Made by a program: the position numbers and the translations under genes. The notes below the pieces were generated by a model that was not told the DNA's origin, made no database searches, and was given only the letters and a program-made list of their open reading frames with translations. From the human T2T-CHM13v2.0 reference genome, Homo sapiens: DNA of 64,000 nt. Position 1 is the first letter of the stretch. Each line of letters starts with the position of its first letter. Shown one piece after another: positions 39,981-53,625 of the stretch. Location: the NCBI RefSeq assembly GCF_009914755.1, contig NC_060927.1. One strand, written 5' to 3'.

Positions 39981-40687
39981 TTATGGAAGACTGACTTGGG
40001 GGATGAGAAGTAAGGCAAGGTGGTCAGGTAGGAGGCTGGTAGATTAAAAGGACCAGGACTAAGACTTGGCTGGTCACAGTGAGGAGGAAGGAAGGAAGAG
40101 GAAGAAGCTAGAGGGAACTTAAATATCTGATTAGATATGATGGATAAATGAAAGATGAAGCAAATGTGATCTGGAGGGCTGGCTGCAATTTGGGATTCAC
40201 AAACATATTAGGATACTAAAAGCTTTGAAAAATCCTGCAGTAAGTAAAACTATCTGCTCAGTCCAGCGTTTCGCAAAGTTATTTATATATTGTGCCCTTT
40301 ATTCATGGACTACCTACTAATGCCCCCAGTGAAGTAATGTATCATGGAATGTACTTTAGGTTTCATGGGCTTGCTCTATAATTGTGTAATCCATGTTGTA
40401 AAAGTGTGCATTCCTTGAAAAGAAAGTTAACAAATTTAGCATTTGTGTGTGTGTGTGTGTTTTGGGGAGGGTTATAAAATATGAAATACAACTCCTGTGG
40501 AAGGTGGTGTATTACAAATTAATGTAATCTTAATGCCTGGAAGAATTATGCAGTGATTCAACAGGCCAGATTGATTTAATAGTTTTTAAATTATAGATAT
40601 AATTAATGAAAATTGAGAGTGCTAATAGTTGTTTTAAAACTATTTTGCTACAGTAAATTCACATGGCCCTTTAAAACCTTCATTTTC

Positions 40688-40935
40688 TTTTATATTTTTC
40701 TTTTTCTTTTGTTCTTTCTCTTTTTTAAAAATTTTAAGTTCCAGGGTACATGTGCAGGATGTGCAGGTTTATTACATAGGTAAACATGTGCCATGGTGGT
40801 TTGCTGCACCTATCAACACATCACCTAGGTATTAAACCAAACATATATTAGCTATTTTTCATAATGCTCTCTTTCCCCCTCCCCTCTCCCCTACAGGCCC
40901 CAGTGTGTGTTGTTCTCCTCCCTGTGTCTGTGTTA
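40688..40935 (-). mobile_element. Short 5'-truncated L1PA (PA8-PA10 age) 3' end
   Basis: 'ttaagttccagggtacatgtgcaggatgtgcaggttt...'; perfect 15-bp TSD aaaaccttcattttc (40673-40687 / 40936-40950). Confidence 0.93.
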
Positions 40936-41306
40936 AAAACCTTCATTTTCAATCTTTTCAGTATGGTTATCTGTCTTTGAATCCTCCTTAACAAAATTAA
41001 TTGTTCCTTTTTTGTTTAAAAAATTTTTTTTCTAAGATGCTTTTGTTATAGCATACTCCTTTATTTTTAAAAAAGTCCACAGCAATTTCTATATATCTCT
41101 CTTTTAGCACATCAGATTGCATTGTATTTATTTGGGTATGCCTATGGTTTGTTGGACTGAGTTAGTGGAAGATACTTATATTTCTTTTCCCAGTCCTTAG
41201 CAGAATGTCAGACATATAATATGTTCTCTTGGATGAATAAATCAATAAAAGTTTTGGAAAAGTGACCATTCCAACCTATATCTGAAATACAAATAAAGTT
41301 AGATCC

Positions 41307-41890
41307 TGTATCCCTCAGGGTCCAATCAGGAAAACAGAAACCATACCAGTAATTTTAACAGAAATAATTTAATATAGGGAATTGAATTGCTAAACAGGTG
41401 TTTGGAAAACTGTAACTGCAGAAAGATATAGAAACTACAGGAAATATCTTTCACCATTAGAGCAGGGGAGCAAAGGGTAGAGTGGATGAGTAGAACCTAG
41501 AAGCTTGGATAAAGGGCTCCATAAAGTTGAGAACAAGACCATGGAGCAGGAGGTGCCACCTGGCTGGTGCTGGTGTCTCTGCTGGGACTCCAGTGAAGCT
41601 GATTCTGGAAATACGGAGAAAAAAAAAGACGTAGACCCAAATGCTGCTGCTAGGGTGAAGAACCATTGCTGAGGGGATATTGACAGACACAGAAAGCAAA
41701 CAGCAAGGGGCAAATCCCTTTGCTATCCTCTAGGTTTGCAGTCTTCCTCTAATACCCTTTATTGGCAGAGCCTAACAGGAAACCAGATGGCAAAGGAGAA
41801 ATTTTGCTTGTGGAGTCCAGCCTCCAAATCATATAACAGAGAACAGGAGGGTGGGCGGTGCTAAGATAAAGTAGCTTAATAACCAGCCTA
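41307..41890 (-). mobile_element. LTR41-like ERVL solo LTR
   Basis: 'tcagggtccaatcaggaaaacagaaaccataccagt...attggcagagcctaacaggaaaccagatggcaaaggagaaat'. Confidence 0.75.
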
Positions 41891-42484
41891 GTTCCCAACG
41901 TACGTGTATGGTCAATTTCCAAGTGGCCTGACTCTGGATGACTCAAGAGGGCTTTTCCTTCTCTCAGGAGCTACAATAGTCACAGGTATATTTTTGAGTC
42001 TTTCCTTTTTTTCTTAGACAGCAGAAGCTGTTCATTTTAGTAGAGAATATCATGGTTTTAATTACATTTCTCTTACAACTCAGGTTTAAATAAAGAGGAA
42101 AGATATTTTGGCGAAGAGCAAAACTATTTGGCAACTTGTTCTAAAGGGTTTTTCAGAGTCCCTAGATTCAGCTGTTTCTAATCCTGTGATTATATGCTTC
42201 AATTTTCCATTTTAAGTACCAGAGATTAAATGGTAACTCCTTTATTGCTGATGGCGGTGTTTAGTGGACAGCTTGGGGATGACAGGGCTGTGTGCAGAAT
42301 CCAGATGCAGGAGGAACAACAGGAAAGGGGCACTCCGACCTTCCAATGGCCCTGTCTCCTGAGGGGGGTAAGGTGAGGTTTCAGTTTAGATGTCCTACTC
42401 GTCACTGCAGAATCAGTTTTTTCTTTTCCTTTCTTTTAACAGATGAAACAGTTCCAATGTGGAAGTCTGACTTGGGGCAATATG

Positions 42485-42700
42485 TGTAGTGTGAGGAAAG
42501 AAGATGATAGCTGGTTTTGAATCCAGCTCAGTCACTTGCTAGTTGGGTGGCCCTGAATGGTCACTTCACTTGACTCTTCACTTTATCATTGACAATAACT
42601 GTACTTGTCCTGCCCTTTTATTTGGCTCACTCTGAGGATCAAAAATATATGGCTAAATATGAAAACATATTGCAAAGAGTAAAATGAATAAAAACAAGGA
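42485..42700 (+). mobile_element. MIR
   Basis: 'ctggttttgaatccagctcagtcacttgctagttgggtggccctg'. Confidence 0.65.
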
Positions 42701-43034
42701 ATCAATAATGATCAGTTTACTTGGTTTTTAACTCATAGAAGTGCAAAAGAAATACACTATCCCCAACAATTCCTTTCTGTTATAGAAAAGTTACAGTGTG
42801 TACCTTCCTGGGCTTATGTTGCACATTTACTTCCATACAAATGTTTACCTCTAAAGTTATTATCAATATAGCTCTCAATGTGGAAGTGAAAATAAACCCA
42901 GGAAAAATATCTTTGTTTCCCAGGCCTATTCAGTTTTCATTATTTATTATTTGCAGTTTTTCTTGAGGCCAAAATGGAGTAGAAATCTCTAAAAATTTAG
43001 TTTGAATCTAGAGTCAACCTAGTTACAGCGGTAA

Positions 43035-43260
43035 TAGCATTTATTATGTGCTTATGTGTGCTGGAAACTTTTTAAAGCACCTATACTGTGTGGCTCCTTA
43101 AAATAACCCTATGAGGTAGATTTTATTTTTATTGTCATTAATATGAAGAAATGAAGCATAATGAAACTTGCCTAAGGTTATAGATAGCAAATAATGGAGT
43201 GGGGGTTTGAACCCACATAACGTGATTCCTAAGTCTGAACCTTTAGCTACTCTATTATAT
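43035..43260 (-). mobile_element. MIR, near full length
   Basis: 'aataaccctatgaggtag...aacttgcctaaggttatagatagcaaataatggagtgggggtttgaaccca'. Confidence 0.85.
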
Positions 43261-43334
43261 TCAAGAAACACTCCTTGTTTAATCATTTGTATAAAGTTGT
43301 CTCTCAATGGCTTTTATTTGTTCACATAGAAATA

Positions 43335-43525
43335 TTATTTATTAAGCAAATACAAAGTGCTGGATGGGGTTCTAAGCATTCTCTATGCATTATCTTACCT
43401 TAATTCTCACCAAATTTTATTCTTAGAAACTAAAGTTCAGTTAATTTAAGCAAATTGCTCAAGCAGGTTCACACTTTTAACAAGTACTGAAGCTGATATT
43501 TTAGTTCAAGTCTACATGACTTTAA
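43335..43525 (-). mobile_element. MIR, degenerate
   Basis: 'tgcattatcttaccttaattctcac...gaaactaaagttcag'. Confidence 0.6.
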
Positions 43526-44167
43526 AATCTCTTAAAGCAGTAAAGTCACATATCTCTTTGCTAATATATATTCTTCCTGTTTCTCATGGACGCATCCCTC
43601 AAATTTCTCCAAACCTCAATGTAAAGCTCATAACAATGGCAGAGCTGAAATAAAGCTAAATGAAGATCAGAAATCATGCAGTGTCAGCAGTAGGAATATA
43701 TACTAGGAATCTGGAGTGAGGGGTAATGAAATGGAGCTTAATGCTCAAACTTTGAAATTCTTAGAAGACAAGACAGAAAAAGGGAAATCTAGTGGTTTGT
43801 CTAGTTGTTATTGTCAGATGAAAATATGTAGACCGTTACACAGAAGACACAAACTTTCTCTAGCATACAAAGCCAAGAGAAATTTATCATGAGAAGTCTT
43901 ATATTTGGACAACAGTTACAGTATATAGGGAATTTCTGCCATAAACAGCATGGTGTAAATGAATACTTGGTGAAAGATACCAATTAGAATTTATATCATA
44001 TGTGAGACAGACAAGGCATTTCCAAAGTATATTTGAAGGAGAATGTGTTGTATTTATCTCTGACATCCTTATCAGAACTCACATTCTAGTGAAACAGATC
44101 AATTAATGTCATCGGATCTGTTATAATAACATGGGAAAATGGGTTTACCAACCTCATAGAAACACCT

Positions 44168-44503
<336 letters not shown>

Positions 44504-45202
44504 TTACTTCTTGAAATACTAGAGTAAAAATTTTACAACAAAGTTAAAATTTGTTGAACTTCAACTTAATGGATGGTCTCTCTTTCCTTCTTGCAAGATC
44601 TGACTGAGGTCTAAGCCTTGCTCATTAATTTATTCATTTAGCATTTAATTTGGTCCCATATTAGTTAAGGGTGGCCTCAGGCTTGACTAGCACCAGGTAA
44701 ATGAAAAAAGGAACAAAAGCTTGATCCAGAACCTAGTGGATATCAATGGCTTGCAGTGCTGTCATGGACTTCATGTGCTACTAAGTCAGCTGAGCCCTTA
44801 CTTGTTAGTGTTGTGCTGGAATAGACAGAAAGTAATTGTAAATCATCCAGGAAGTGAGAAAAAGAGATACAATCAGGAGACAAGTCTGAATCTCTGAGAT
44901 AGACTGCTAATGTCTCAAGGCCACTGAGACAATGATGCCTAGAACTGGGCTTATAACAGCATAACATTCTTGAGCTTGGGACAGCGGCACTTTAGCAAAC
45001 TATGATCTCTCTCACTTAGTCTGGATATTTAAAATTCCTCATGTGGCATCACTTGATGGATAAAATTGCAAATAAGCAAGTTAAGGATAAATTGAGAGGC
45101 CCATTAGATCCTGGCCATGGATACAGATGTATAATCGTGGCCAGGATCTAGGGTTTTGCTCAAATCTGACATCTGTATATCTAAGTCGGTTGGTCCATTC
45201 AC

Positions 45203-45243
45203 ACATCCATCCACCCACCCACCCACCCACCCACCCATCCATC
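45203..45243 (+). repeat. (CCAC)n/(CCAT)n tetranucleotide STR
   Basis: Seen directly. Confidence 0.9.
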
Positions 45244-45318
45244 TAACAGAATTACATCCACTGACTCCCAAATTAAACCTAGTTAAATAGTAATAGAAAG
45301 GAAAACTAAATTTATTTA

Positions 45319-45610
45319 TTTATTTTTATTGAGGAGTTTGGCTTTTGTCACCTAGGCTGGAGTGCAGTGGCGTGATCTTGGCTCACTGCAACCTCTGACT
45401 CCCAGATTCAAGCAATTCTCCTGCCTCTGCCTCCCAAGTTGCTGGGATTACAGGTGTGCACCACCACGCCCAGCTAATTTTTATATTTTTAGTAGAGACG
45501 GGCTTTCGACATGTTGGTCAGGCTGGTCTTGAACTCCTGACCTCAGGTGATCTGCCCGCCTCGACCTCCCAAAGTGCTGGGATTACAGGTGTGAGCCACT
45601 GTGCCCGGCC
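45319..45610 (-). mobile_element. AluSx-like
   Basis: Antisense Alu; TSD aatttattta (45309-45318 / 45611-45620). Confidence 0.95.
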
Positions 45611-45694
45611 AATTTATTTACTTTATAGTAATAAAAGGAATGCACTAGAAATGACATAAAACATAAATAAACTATGCATTCATTATAACTACAA

Positions 45695-45805
45695 TGAACA
45701 TTTTATTAAAGCATTCTATGTGCCAGTTGCTTTAGTAAGAGCTAGGGAGGGTATAAAGATGAGTAATATGTGGTCCTCACTTTTTAGAACTTGAAGTCTA
45801 GTAGC
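45695..45805 (-). mobile_element. L2 3' end
   Basis: 'ttattaaagcattctatgtgccag...taaagatgagtaatatgtggtcctc'. Confidence 0.7.
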
Positions 45806-45821
45806 AAGTATTTATGTTCAC

Positions 45822-46355
45822 CTCTCTGACCTCGTGTCCTATACTCCTCCCTTCACTCATTCCAATCTAGAGACATTGTTTTCCTTCCTTTTCCTGAGAC
45901 ATACCAAGCATTTCTTGCCTCAGAGCCATTGTACTTGCATTCTCTCTGCCCAGAACGTTATTTTCCCAGATATGGGCAGTTAACTTCCACAATTCCTTCA
46001 GCTCTCTGCTTAAATGTCACAAGCTCAGTGAGGCCTTCTTTGAGTATTGTATGTATGATAGCAAACACCTCTCATCACTGGAACTCTGTGTCCCCACAAT
46101 TTTCAATTATTTTTCTCCCTAATCACCATTATATATTATATATTCAGTGTGTGTATTTTTATATATATATATACTGTAATATATGTTGTATATATTTACT
46201 TCTTTTTTTGTTTATTATTTGTCTCACCCAAATCCCAACTAGAATATATATTCCATGAAAGGAGGGGACTGTTTTGCTCAGTACTCTATTGCTGTGTCCA
46301 GAAAAGAAGCTCAGTGAATAGTAGGTGCTCCACAAATATTGTTAAATGAATAATA
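45822..46355 (+). mobile_element. L2a 3' region
   Basis: 'tcttgcctcagagccattgtacttgc...aaatgtcacaagctcagtgaggccttc...tagtaggtgctccacaaatattgttaaatgaat'. Confidence 0.8.
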
Positions 46356-47208
46356 CAAGAAAGAAAAATAATACCGCTAATAACATAAATGACTTGCAGT
46401 GGAGAAAGAATATTTAATTTGGTTAGAGGACATGGCTTAGGAATCCTTGAATAAAAAGTTATTGCTTTACTTTGAAAAATAAAGTCCACATATATAGGAC
46501 AGTTACATGGCTGACTTCCAAGGGAGATTTATCCAGCATTTCAGGAATGAAGGTGCCAGTTAGATGTGATGAATGACCATATGATGCCTGGAAATTTTTC
46601 CATTACCCTTTGAAATTTTTCTCCTTTTTTGGTTGTCTGGGACCATGTGGAAACAAATGGGTTTGACCTCATTTCCAGAACTGCTTGGGAAGATCTGTTC
46701 CTGCTAACCATGAACTAAATCTTCACTAGTGGCCTGTCTGTGCTTGATTCGGTGTTTCTATCCTTACAACCCTGACTACTGATGGGACTCAAGAGAAACA
46801 CTGAGTATTTTCCTTGTCACAAAAGCCATCACTCATTAGAGTCTGGGAACAGGGAAGAACTCTAATATCCACTGCAATGGCTCAGTGGAACTAGGACTGC
46901 CAAAGAAAACAGGTGTTCAATGACTACTGGAACAAGTTTGAGACAGAAAATCCAAGCTGTGCATGGGCCCATGTGACCACTTTCCTTGTTGTGACTGTGG
47001 GTATCAGACAGGTAAATGATGACTCTCTGGCAGCCAGGAAAGATCCTTTGGGGCAGCTTTTTATTTCTGCATTCGTTGAAACAATAATTATTCATTCAGC
47101 ATCTGACTTGTGCAAGGCTCAGAGAATGACCCAGTTTTGATCTAAACAGAGGATATCTCTGGTAAGTTTATGGACTCACCTAAGGTCCAGTAAGACTTCT
47201 CTTGAAGA

Positions 47209-47600
47209 TTATGTTAATCAAGTAGCATTATTTGCAGGAAGGAGAAACTCATTCAAGCAAATTTCAGTAAAAGAAAGGAAATGGGGGAAATTTTCCAAAC
47301 TACAAAGGCAGGAGCTGCAAAAATAGCAGCTCAGTATATGTTTTTCTACCAGGTGCTGTGCTCCCTTGACATCTACCTCAGTGTCTTCTTTCTTTCCTTG
47401 GACCTGCTTTCTCCAACACTCAGTGTTTCAGGCCTAAAAAGGCCCTTTCAGACCTCGCAGGATAGCATGCTCAAGGATCTGTATTCAAAGACCAACCTGT
47501 GTGTTCTATCCCAAACTCTTGGAAGAAAGAACCTGATTGGCCCAGCTCTTATTTGGGGTCCCTTACATTCAATATGATATAACAAGGGGGTGGAATCCTG
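47209..47600 (-). mobile_element. Old MaLR (MLT1K-like) fragment
   Basis: 'gaaactcattcaagc', 'gaaagaacctgattggcccagct'. Confidence 0.45.
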
Positions 47601-47939
47601 TGCCCTTTGCCCATTCAGCAGGTGTGTGGGAGGTGACTCTCTCAGGAGGTTGAATAGGGTTAGAAAGACGGCATGACTATATCTCTAATGTAGACCTAAA
47701 GTGCTTCCTAGAGCTAGGGACCAGGATTCTAAATGAGACCTGAGGGAATGGAGCTGTTGTTGACAAGAGCTGTTAGACAAACAGGACATGGAGGAGGGTA
47801 AGTTCAGATACCAAGAAGGAAGCCTGTATACAAAAGCAGATGTGATGGGAAGAACTGAGGCAGGTGACACTAACCAGGGACTTGCAATCAGACAAAAGAC
47901 CATTCACCCTTCAAGACATTGAATCGTACACTACATGGG

Positions 47940-48310
47940 GCTGTCCTTGAGGGGAGGAGTGGTTAGTTTGTTCATCATCCAGCATCTAGCACAGTGCCTG
48001 GGACATGGTAGGTGTTTGAAACATGGTTGTTGACAGAATGAATAAATGAATGAGTGAATGAGGATACTTGAAGTAGTATCACTTCCTCTATGAAACGTTT
48101 AAAATCCTTCTTCCAACAAAGCCAGAATTCCCTCCTTTGTGCTCCCATTAGCTAACCATATTTTATGGTCATTGGCAGATGACAAATAAACCCCCACTAC
48201 ACTGATTGAAGTTTTAAAAATAGAAAGTGACTTCTAATAATCCTAGAATTTCCAGCTTCAACCACAGTGCCTGGTTATGTAGGAGCTGCTTGATAATTGG
48301 CTATGTAATA
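47940..48310 (+). mobile_element. Two tandem L2 3' ends
   Basis: 'agcatctagcacagtgcctgggacatggtaggtg...gaatgaataaatgaatgagtgaatga' and 'cacagtgcctggttatgtagg'. Confidence 0.75.
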
Positions 48311-48349
48311 AATATATCATAATAGGCCTTTTAATGACTCTGACCCAAA

Positions 48350-48875
48350 CATTTGCTTTTTTTATTAAAAACTTGATATATTTATTTATGTTTTCTAATT
48401 ATGAAGCAATATTATGTGAACTATAGTTGTAAGAAATAAGGAAAATTTAAAAAGATCATTCATAAATTTGTGTTTCAGTGCATTTATCCTTTTGGAGAGA
48501 AAATTATAATACAAACACATATACTCATATATATAAAATGAACATTTTCCCATATCAATAATTACTCTTCAAATCTTGTTTTTCAATACCTATGAAATAT
48601 TTTATGACTACAAAATATTTCATCATATATATTAAAATCTTGGACATATAGGCTATTTCCAAATATTACAAATATTTTCTTATGATAATTTTCTTACACA
48701 TGAAACTTTGTGCTTTTCTCTAGGTACAAAGTAAAATTACATGATTAAAAGGCATGGACACCAGGGCTCTTGATTATTATTGCTGGTACCTCTAAGGAGG
48801 GTAAATAATTCACTTGACACCAGTTGTGTTTGGTCATGCCCGTATCCCCACATTATCACCATTAGATGGAACTAT
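48350..48875 (-). mobile_element. Degraded L1ME-type 3' region
   Basis: 'tgaacattttcccatatcaataa', 'ttggacatataggctatttccaa'. Confidence 0.6.
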
Positions 48876-50674
48876 AATTTAGAAGATGTGAATTTGATCA
48901 GTGACTCCACTTATTTAGAACAGGGCAAGAACTGTGGCTTGCCCTGGAAGCAGCGTCACTTGCTGACAGCATGAGGGCTGTAGCCGGGGAGAGATGAAAA
49001 CAACACATTTCATGTTCTCAAGTAGTTTAGAGTCCTGGGTTTAGCAACATTTTATAAACACTTCATTTTAAAGCAAAGAAGAATAAAATAACCCTCAATA
49101 CTAGACAGTCAGCAGGAAGATAGGCACAGGCTGCTTGTCTGCAGGAGGCCTTGGACATGGGTCATTTCTCACGGTGCTATTGAAAGGAGATAAGACAGGC
49201 CTTTATGGATACTTCAGCCTGGTGTGATGTTAGAGGTGGGAGGCAGTTGCCCTGTTCATTGATGACTGGGGCATCTTTGGAAATTCATCAGATGTCAAGA
49301 GTGACAGATGAGGACTTGGATAACTGGAAGGCCACTTGACTCTGCAGAACCTTATACTGTGGGGTTCCTGACAGTGCTTAGGAGTGATGGGCAGCTCAGG
49401 CATCCTGGCCAGATACAATGAAGCCCAGGGCCTGGGCTGCCTCAGGGGTGACTCAAGGAGCTCCAGTGGGGAGTGAATAGGAAACATCAGGCTACGACTT
49501 AAAGTGGAAGCAGGGCTGGGCAGGAATTTCTTGGGAGGCGGATGGTCATTTTTACAGCATTAGGGGTAGAAGCCGTCTCTGTGAGAAGACACTAAAGATA
49601 AAGAGACTAATAGATTAACATTAGTCCTAGAGAGGAATAGACTCCTAGACTTGTATCTTATCTTCTCTCTCTCCCTATTTCAGATTTGTCCCATCTTTTC
49701 TGTACTCACTCTAATGTCCAAAAACTTAATTTATTAGGTAGAACAATTGAGTTATCTTAATTTCCTTGTCTTCTTATGCACCAAACTTTTGGGGTTTCCA
49801 TTTCTCTGGTCAGTGCAGTCTAGCAAAGTATTTTCCTTAAGCAAAAATTATTTTCTCATAAGAAGATACTTGGTTCCAGCTATTAAAATGAGTTTGTAAA
49901 ATCTTGAATAATGGAGATCATGGCCTATATCAGATTCTCAACAGACAATAGATTTACTCAGGCCCCTTGGCCCCAGATTTGTGTTGACCCCCTCCTTCCT
50001 CCTTGTGGAGGGCAGAGAGTTCCTTTGAACTATGTGGTAGCTTAGGCCAGGTGGTTCTTAAAGATCCTTTATTTGGGCACCAAGGGCACAAACTCTTCCC
50101 AAGATATGATAGGTCTGGTCCAGCTTTTGGAAGGGAGGTTGCCCCTGAGAGAAATGTCTAGGCTCAGCCACTGTCCCTGTACAGAGTGGGGGTTCAGAGC
50201 ACCTCTCGCTACAAAAACTCAGCCACTGTAGTACACGACACCAGCGCCTCTCAGTGGGGCAAGAAACTGCTGAGTGTCTAGGATGGATGTGACCAAGACT
50301 TCCCACCTTGTCCCCTTATCCCTTGTTTAGTTACTTCCTGTCTTGCAAGTAAGACAGGGGTGAAAGAGACTCTCCTGGTCTAATAAGGAGCTGCTGGAGA
50401 AGAAACTGAGGGATTGTTGGGCCATAGCCCACTAGAGAGTGTTAGCGATTCATATTCCCTTTTCTTCCTGGGTCCTGGGTGGATTTCCCTGCACACGTGG
50501 GAATTTCAGTCTATTGCTATAGAACACAATTCTGAGCTGCAAGTGAGAGAAAGCTGAAAGACATGTCTTGACTGCAATGTGTGAAAGGCTGGGATGATTC
50601 CTGCCACCCCACATTCTACGTAAAAGGGAAAAGGCGCATAAATTTATTAACTATTATGTGCTTAGAACTATAAA

Positions 50675-51190
50675 CTGGAGTGGATGCCATTGGTATTCCA
50701 CCCAGACATCCTCAGATCTTTTACCATGCCTATTCCCACTTCGCCCAGCTTCAGTGAGCATTTGCTCCCAAATAGCCCCGTGCAACTGTTCTTTGGAGGC
50801 CTGTGCTCTGGCTGTTGGAGTTGCTTTACCCACATATGCAGAGAATTTAAAGTTCTTACAAGTTTAGTTTTCCCTTCTAGATGCCCCGGGAAGCTTTTAG
50901 CTAGTGACTGATAGATGCAAGAATATGAATGCCCAGCTCTTTTGCCTCCAGTAGAAAACTCTGAGGCTTGACTTACACACCAGAGCTGCCCTGCCAGGTC
51001 AGGCTGAGGCCACTCTTCGTGGGACTTTCCCTGAGATCACAGCCTTCCTGTGTTGACTTCCTCCTCTTCCCTCTCCTGCTTCACACACACCCCTACTGGT
51101 CCCCCTGGAAGCATATTTTAAAATAAATTACTTGTATATGAATCATGAGTCCTGGTCTTGAGTTCTACTTCTGAGGAAGCTGATCTAAAT
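50675..51190 (+). mobile_element. LTR16 (C-like) ERVL LTR
   Basis: 'aatgcccagctcttttgcctc...aactctgaggc...aataaattacttgtatatgaatc...gtcttgagttctacttctgaggaa'. Confidence 0.75.
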
Positions 51191-51198
51191 TTTCCCAC

Positions 51199-51332
51199 TC
51201 TCATTTGCATTTCATATAAACCTTGTGAAGTGTTATTATCCCCCTTTTGCAGATGAAGAAACTGAGGCTCAAAAGGTAATAATGTATCTGTAGCTTGTGA
51301 CTTAAATCCAGCTATGTCTGACTCCAATGCAC
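51199..51332 (-). mobile_element. MIR
   Basis: 'attatccccctttgcagatgaagaaactgaggctcaaaagg...tgtctgactcca'. Confidence 0.85.
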
Positions 51333-52611
51333 TGAATTCCCCGAAAAACAATCAGCATTTACATGAAGTTAGCCAGTGGTTTCAGAATTTCAGGTTCTTT
51401 TTCAAGGTTATGTAGACAGTTGTCTCCTGAACTGAATCACAGGAATTAAGAAAGTCTGGACTCTCAGAACTAACTACCTCCTACGTGTATCAGCGCTCTA
51501 CTTCAAGAGTCTGTTTCTGCCTGTGGCTCTGTACAAGTCAGTAAGCTCTTCCGGGACCCAAGCCATGTGCAACTAATTGCAAAATCTCCAGAGCCTATTG
51601 TGGTACTTGGCACATAATAGGCTCTCAAACAAATGTACTTTCAATTAAATAACCAGCCACAGGGCAGTTTCCTTCACAAAAAGTCCACTCTGGATAAATA
51701 AATTAAGTCAAAATTAAGGGATTTTCTAAGTCCTTAAGAAGAATTGCCATACCTTGAGTTAGTCTAGTACCTATATTACAGCTTAATGCAAAGACTCCAA
51801 GCCAATGTTCTCTCTATTTAGTGTCTATCCTCTGATTTATCCTTTCCAGCAACATTAACTAATTCTATCATAAGGTTTTTACCCTTGATTCATTTTCAGA
51901 TGATATACATATTTTAAGGCCCTAGTGACATCAACTCTAATTCTGGGGAATTATGAATTCCTCTTCCTAATTTTCTATGCAGAAGTCTTCCACTAAAATC
52001 AAGCCTGATCATTATATTGGACATCAAACATGAGTAATGCTCAGGATAGGATTTAACCACTTTTGGGGTCAAATGATGGCATTATTATTGTTTAAACTGT
52101 GGATCAATATTATAACCTCTTGTATTTTTCCGTTGATGCTGCTAGCATATTTTCCTTGCTGTGCTTTTATCAACTCTCAGTGTACCGACCCAGATAATAA
52201 TTCAGACAAATATTATGGCCCACAGTTCCTGGAATTTTTTTCTTTTGAAAGCTATGTAGGTGGACTTTGTGATTATGTAAGCATAAAGCTAATGGGATTG
52301 GCGGGAGCCCCAGCTGAGAGCAGGCAGGTGCTGGACAATCTTCTCTCAGCCTTGCTCTGCTAATGTCTCCCTGGGTGTAGGCTGGCCTCGTGCTGCTTCT
52401 GTTATGCAGCACAACAAGATAACTGCCTGCTGTGCCCTGTCATGTCTTAGTTTCCAACTGTAACTGAGAAATATGGGGACTTACTTGGACTCCAGCAGCT
52501 TTTAAAGTTATAACTACAGAGGCAGCTCGTATCTAGAATCAGAGCTTGTAAGTTTGGTTTGTGAGACTTCTGTGGTAATAAATGGATTGAGCTAGATGCT
52601 TATGATGTTAA

Positions 52612-52968
<357 letters not shown>

Positions 52969-53205
52969 GCATTGTTACTTTCTCATGATTCTGAGGGTCT
53001 GAAATTTGTACAGGGCACAGTCGGGATAAATATCTCTGTTTCACTTGGTGCCTGTTGGGGCTGGAATGCCCAAATCAGTTTCTTCACTCATGCTTGATAC
53101 CATGGTTCAAATGGCTGGGGGTGGCTGAAATAGCTCAACTAGGATAACTAGGATCAGAGGTTTGGCCTTGCTGTTGACTGCTTTCCTTCATATAGTTTCA
53201 GGGTG

Positions 53206-53239
<34 letters not shown>

Positions 53240-53346
53240 GAGAGAGAGTTTATACTCTGTCTCTGTGTATATATATATGTATATACACACACACATACGT
53301 ATATATGTATATGTCCACATATATCTCTCTATATATGTATATGTCC

Positions 53347-53406
<60 letters not shown>
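53206..53406 (+). repeat. Compound microsatellite (CT)n(AT)n(AG)n...(TG)26
   Basis: Seen directly; pure TG run at about 53350-53402. Confidence 0.95.
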
Positions 53407-53408
<2 letters not shown>

Positions 53409-53489
53409 CCTGGTCTTGAGTTCTACTTCTGAGGAAGCTGATCTAAATCATCCTATTCTCATTTGCATTTCATAAAAACCTTGTGAAGT
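53407..53489 (+). repeat. 83-bp direct copy of 51149-51231
   Basis: 78/83 identical, first 42 nt exact. Confidence 0.95.
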
Positions 53490-53573
53490 AAAGTAATACA
53501 TATAGTCTTTCCAGCAGAGTAGTCAGACTTCTTATTTGAGACCTCAGAGATTACAAGAGTGTAAAATCAGAAA

Positions 53574-53625
53574 TTGTTATGCAGCAATAGATAACTGATA
53601 TACATGTCCCGGCACTATTTCCTAT
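53574..53625 (-). repeat. 52-bp inverted copy of 52624-52675
   Basis: 48/52 identical to the reverse complement, first 29 nt exact. Confidence 0.95.
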
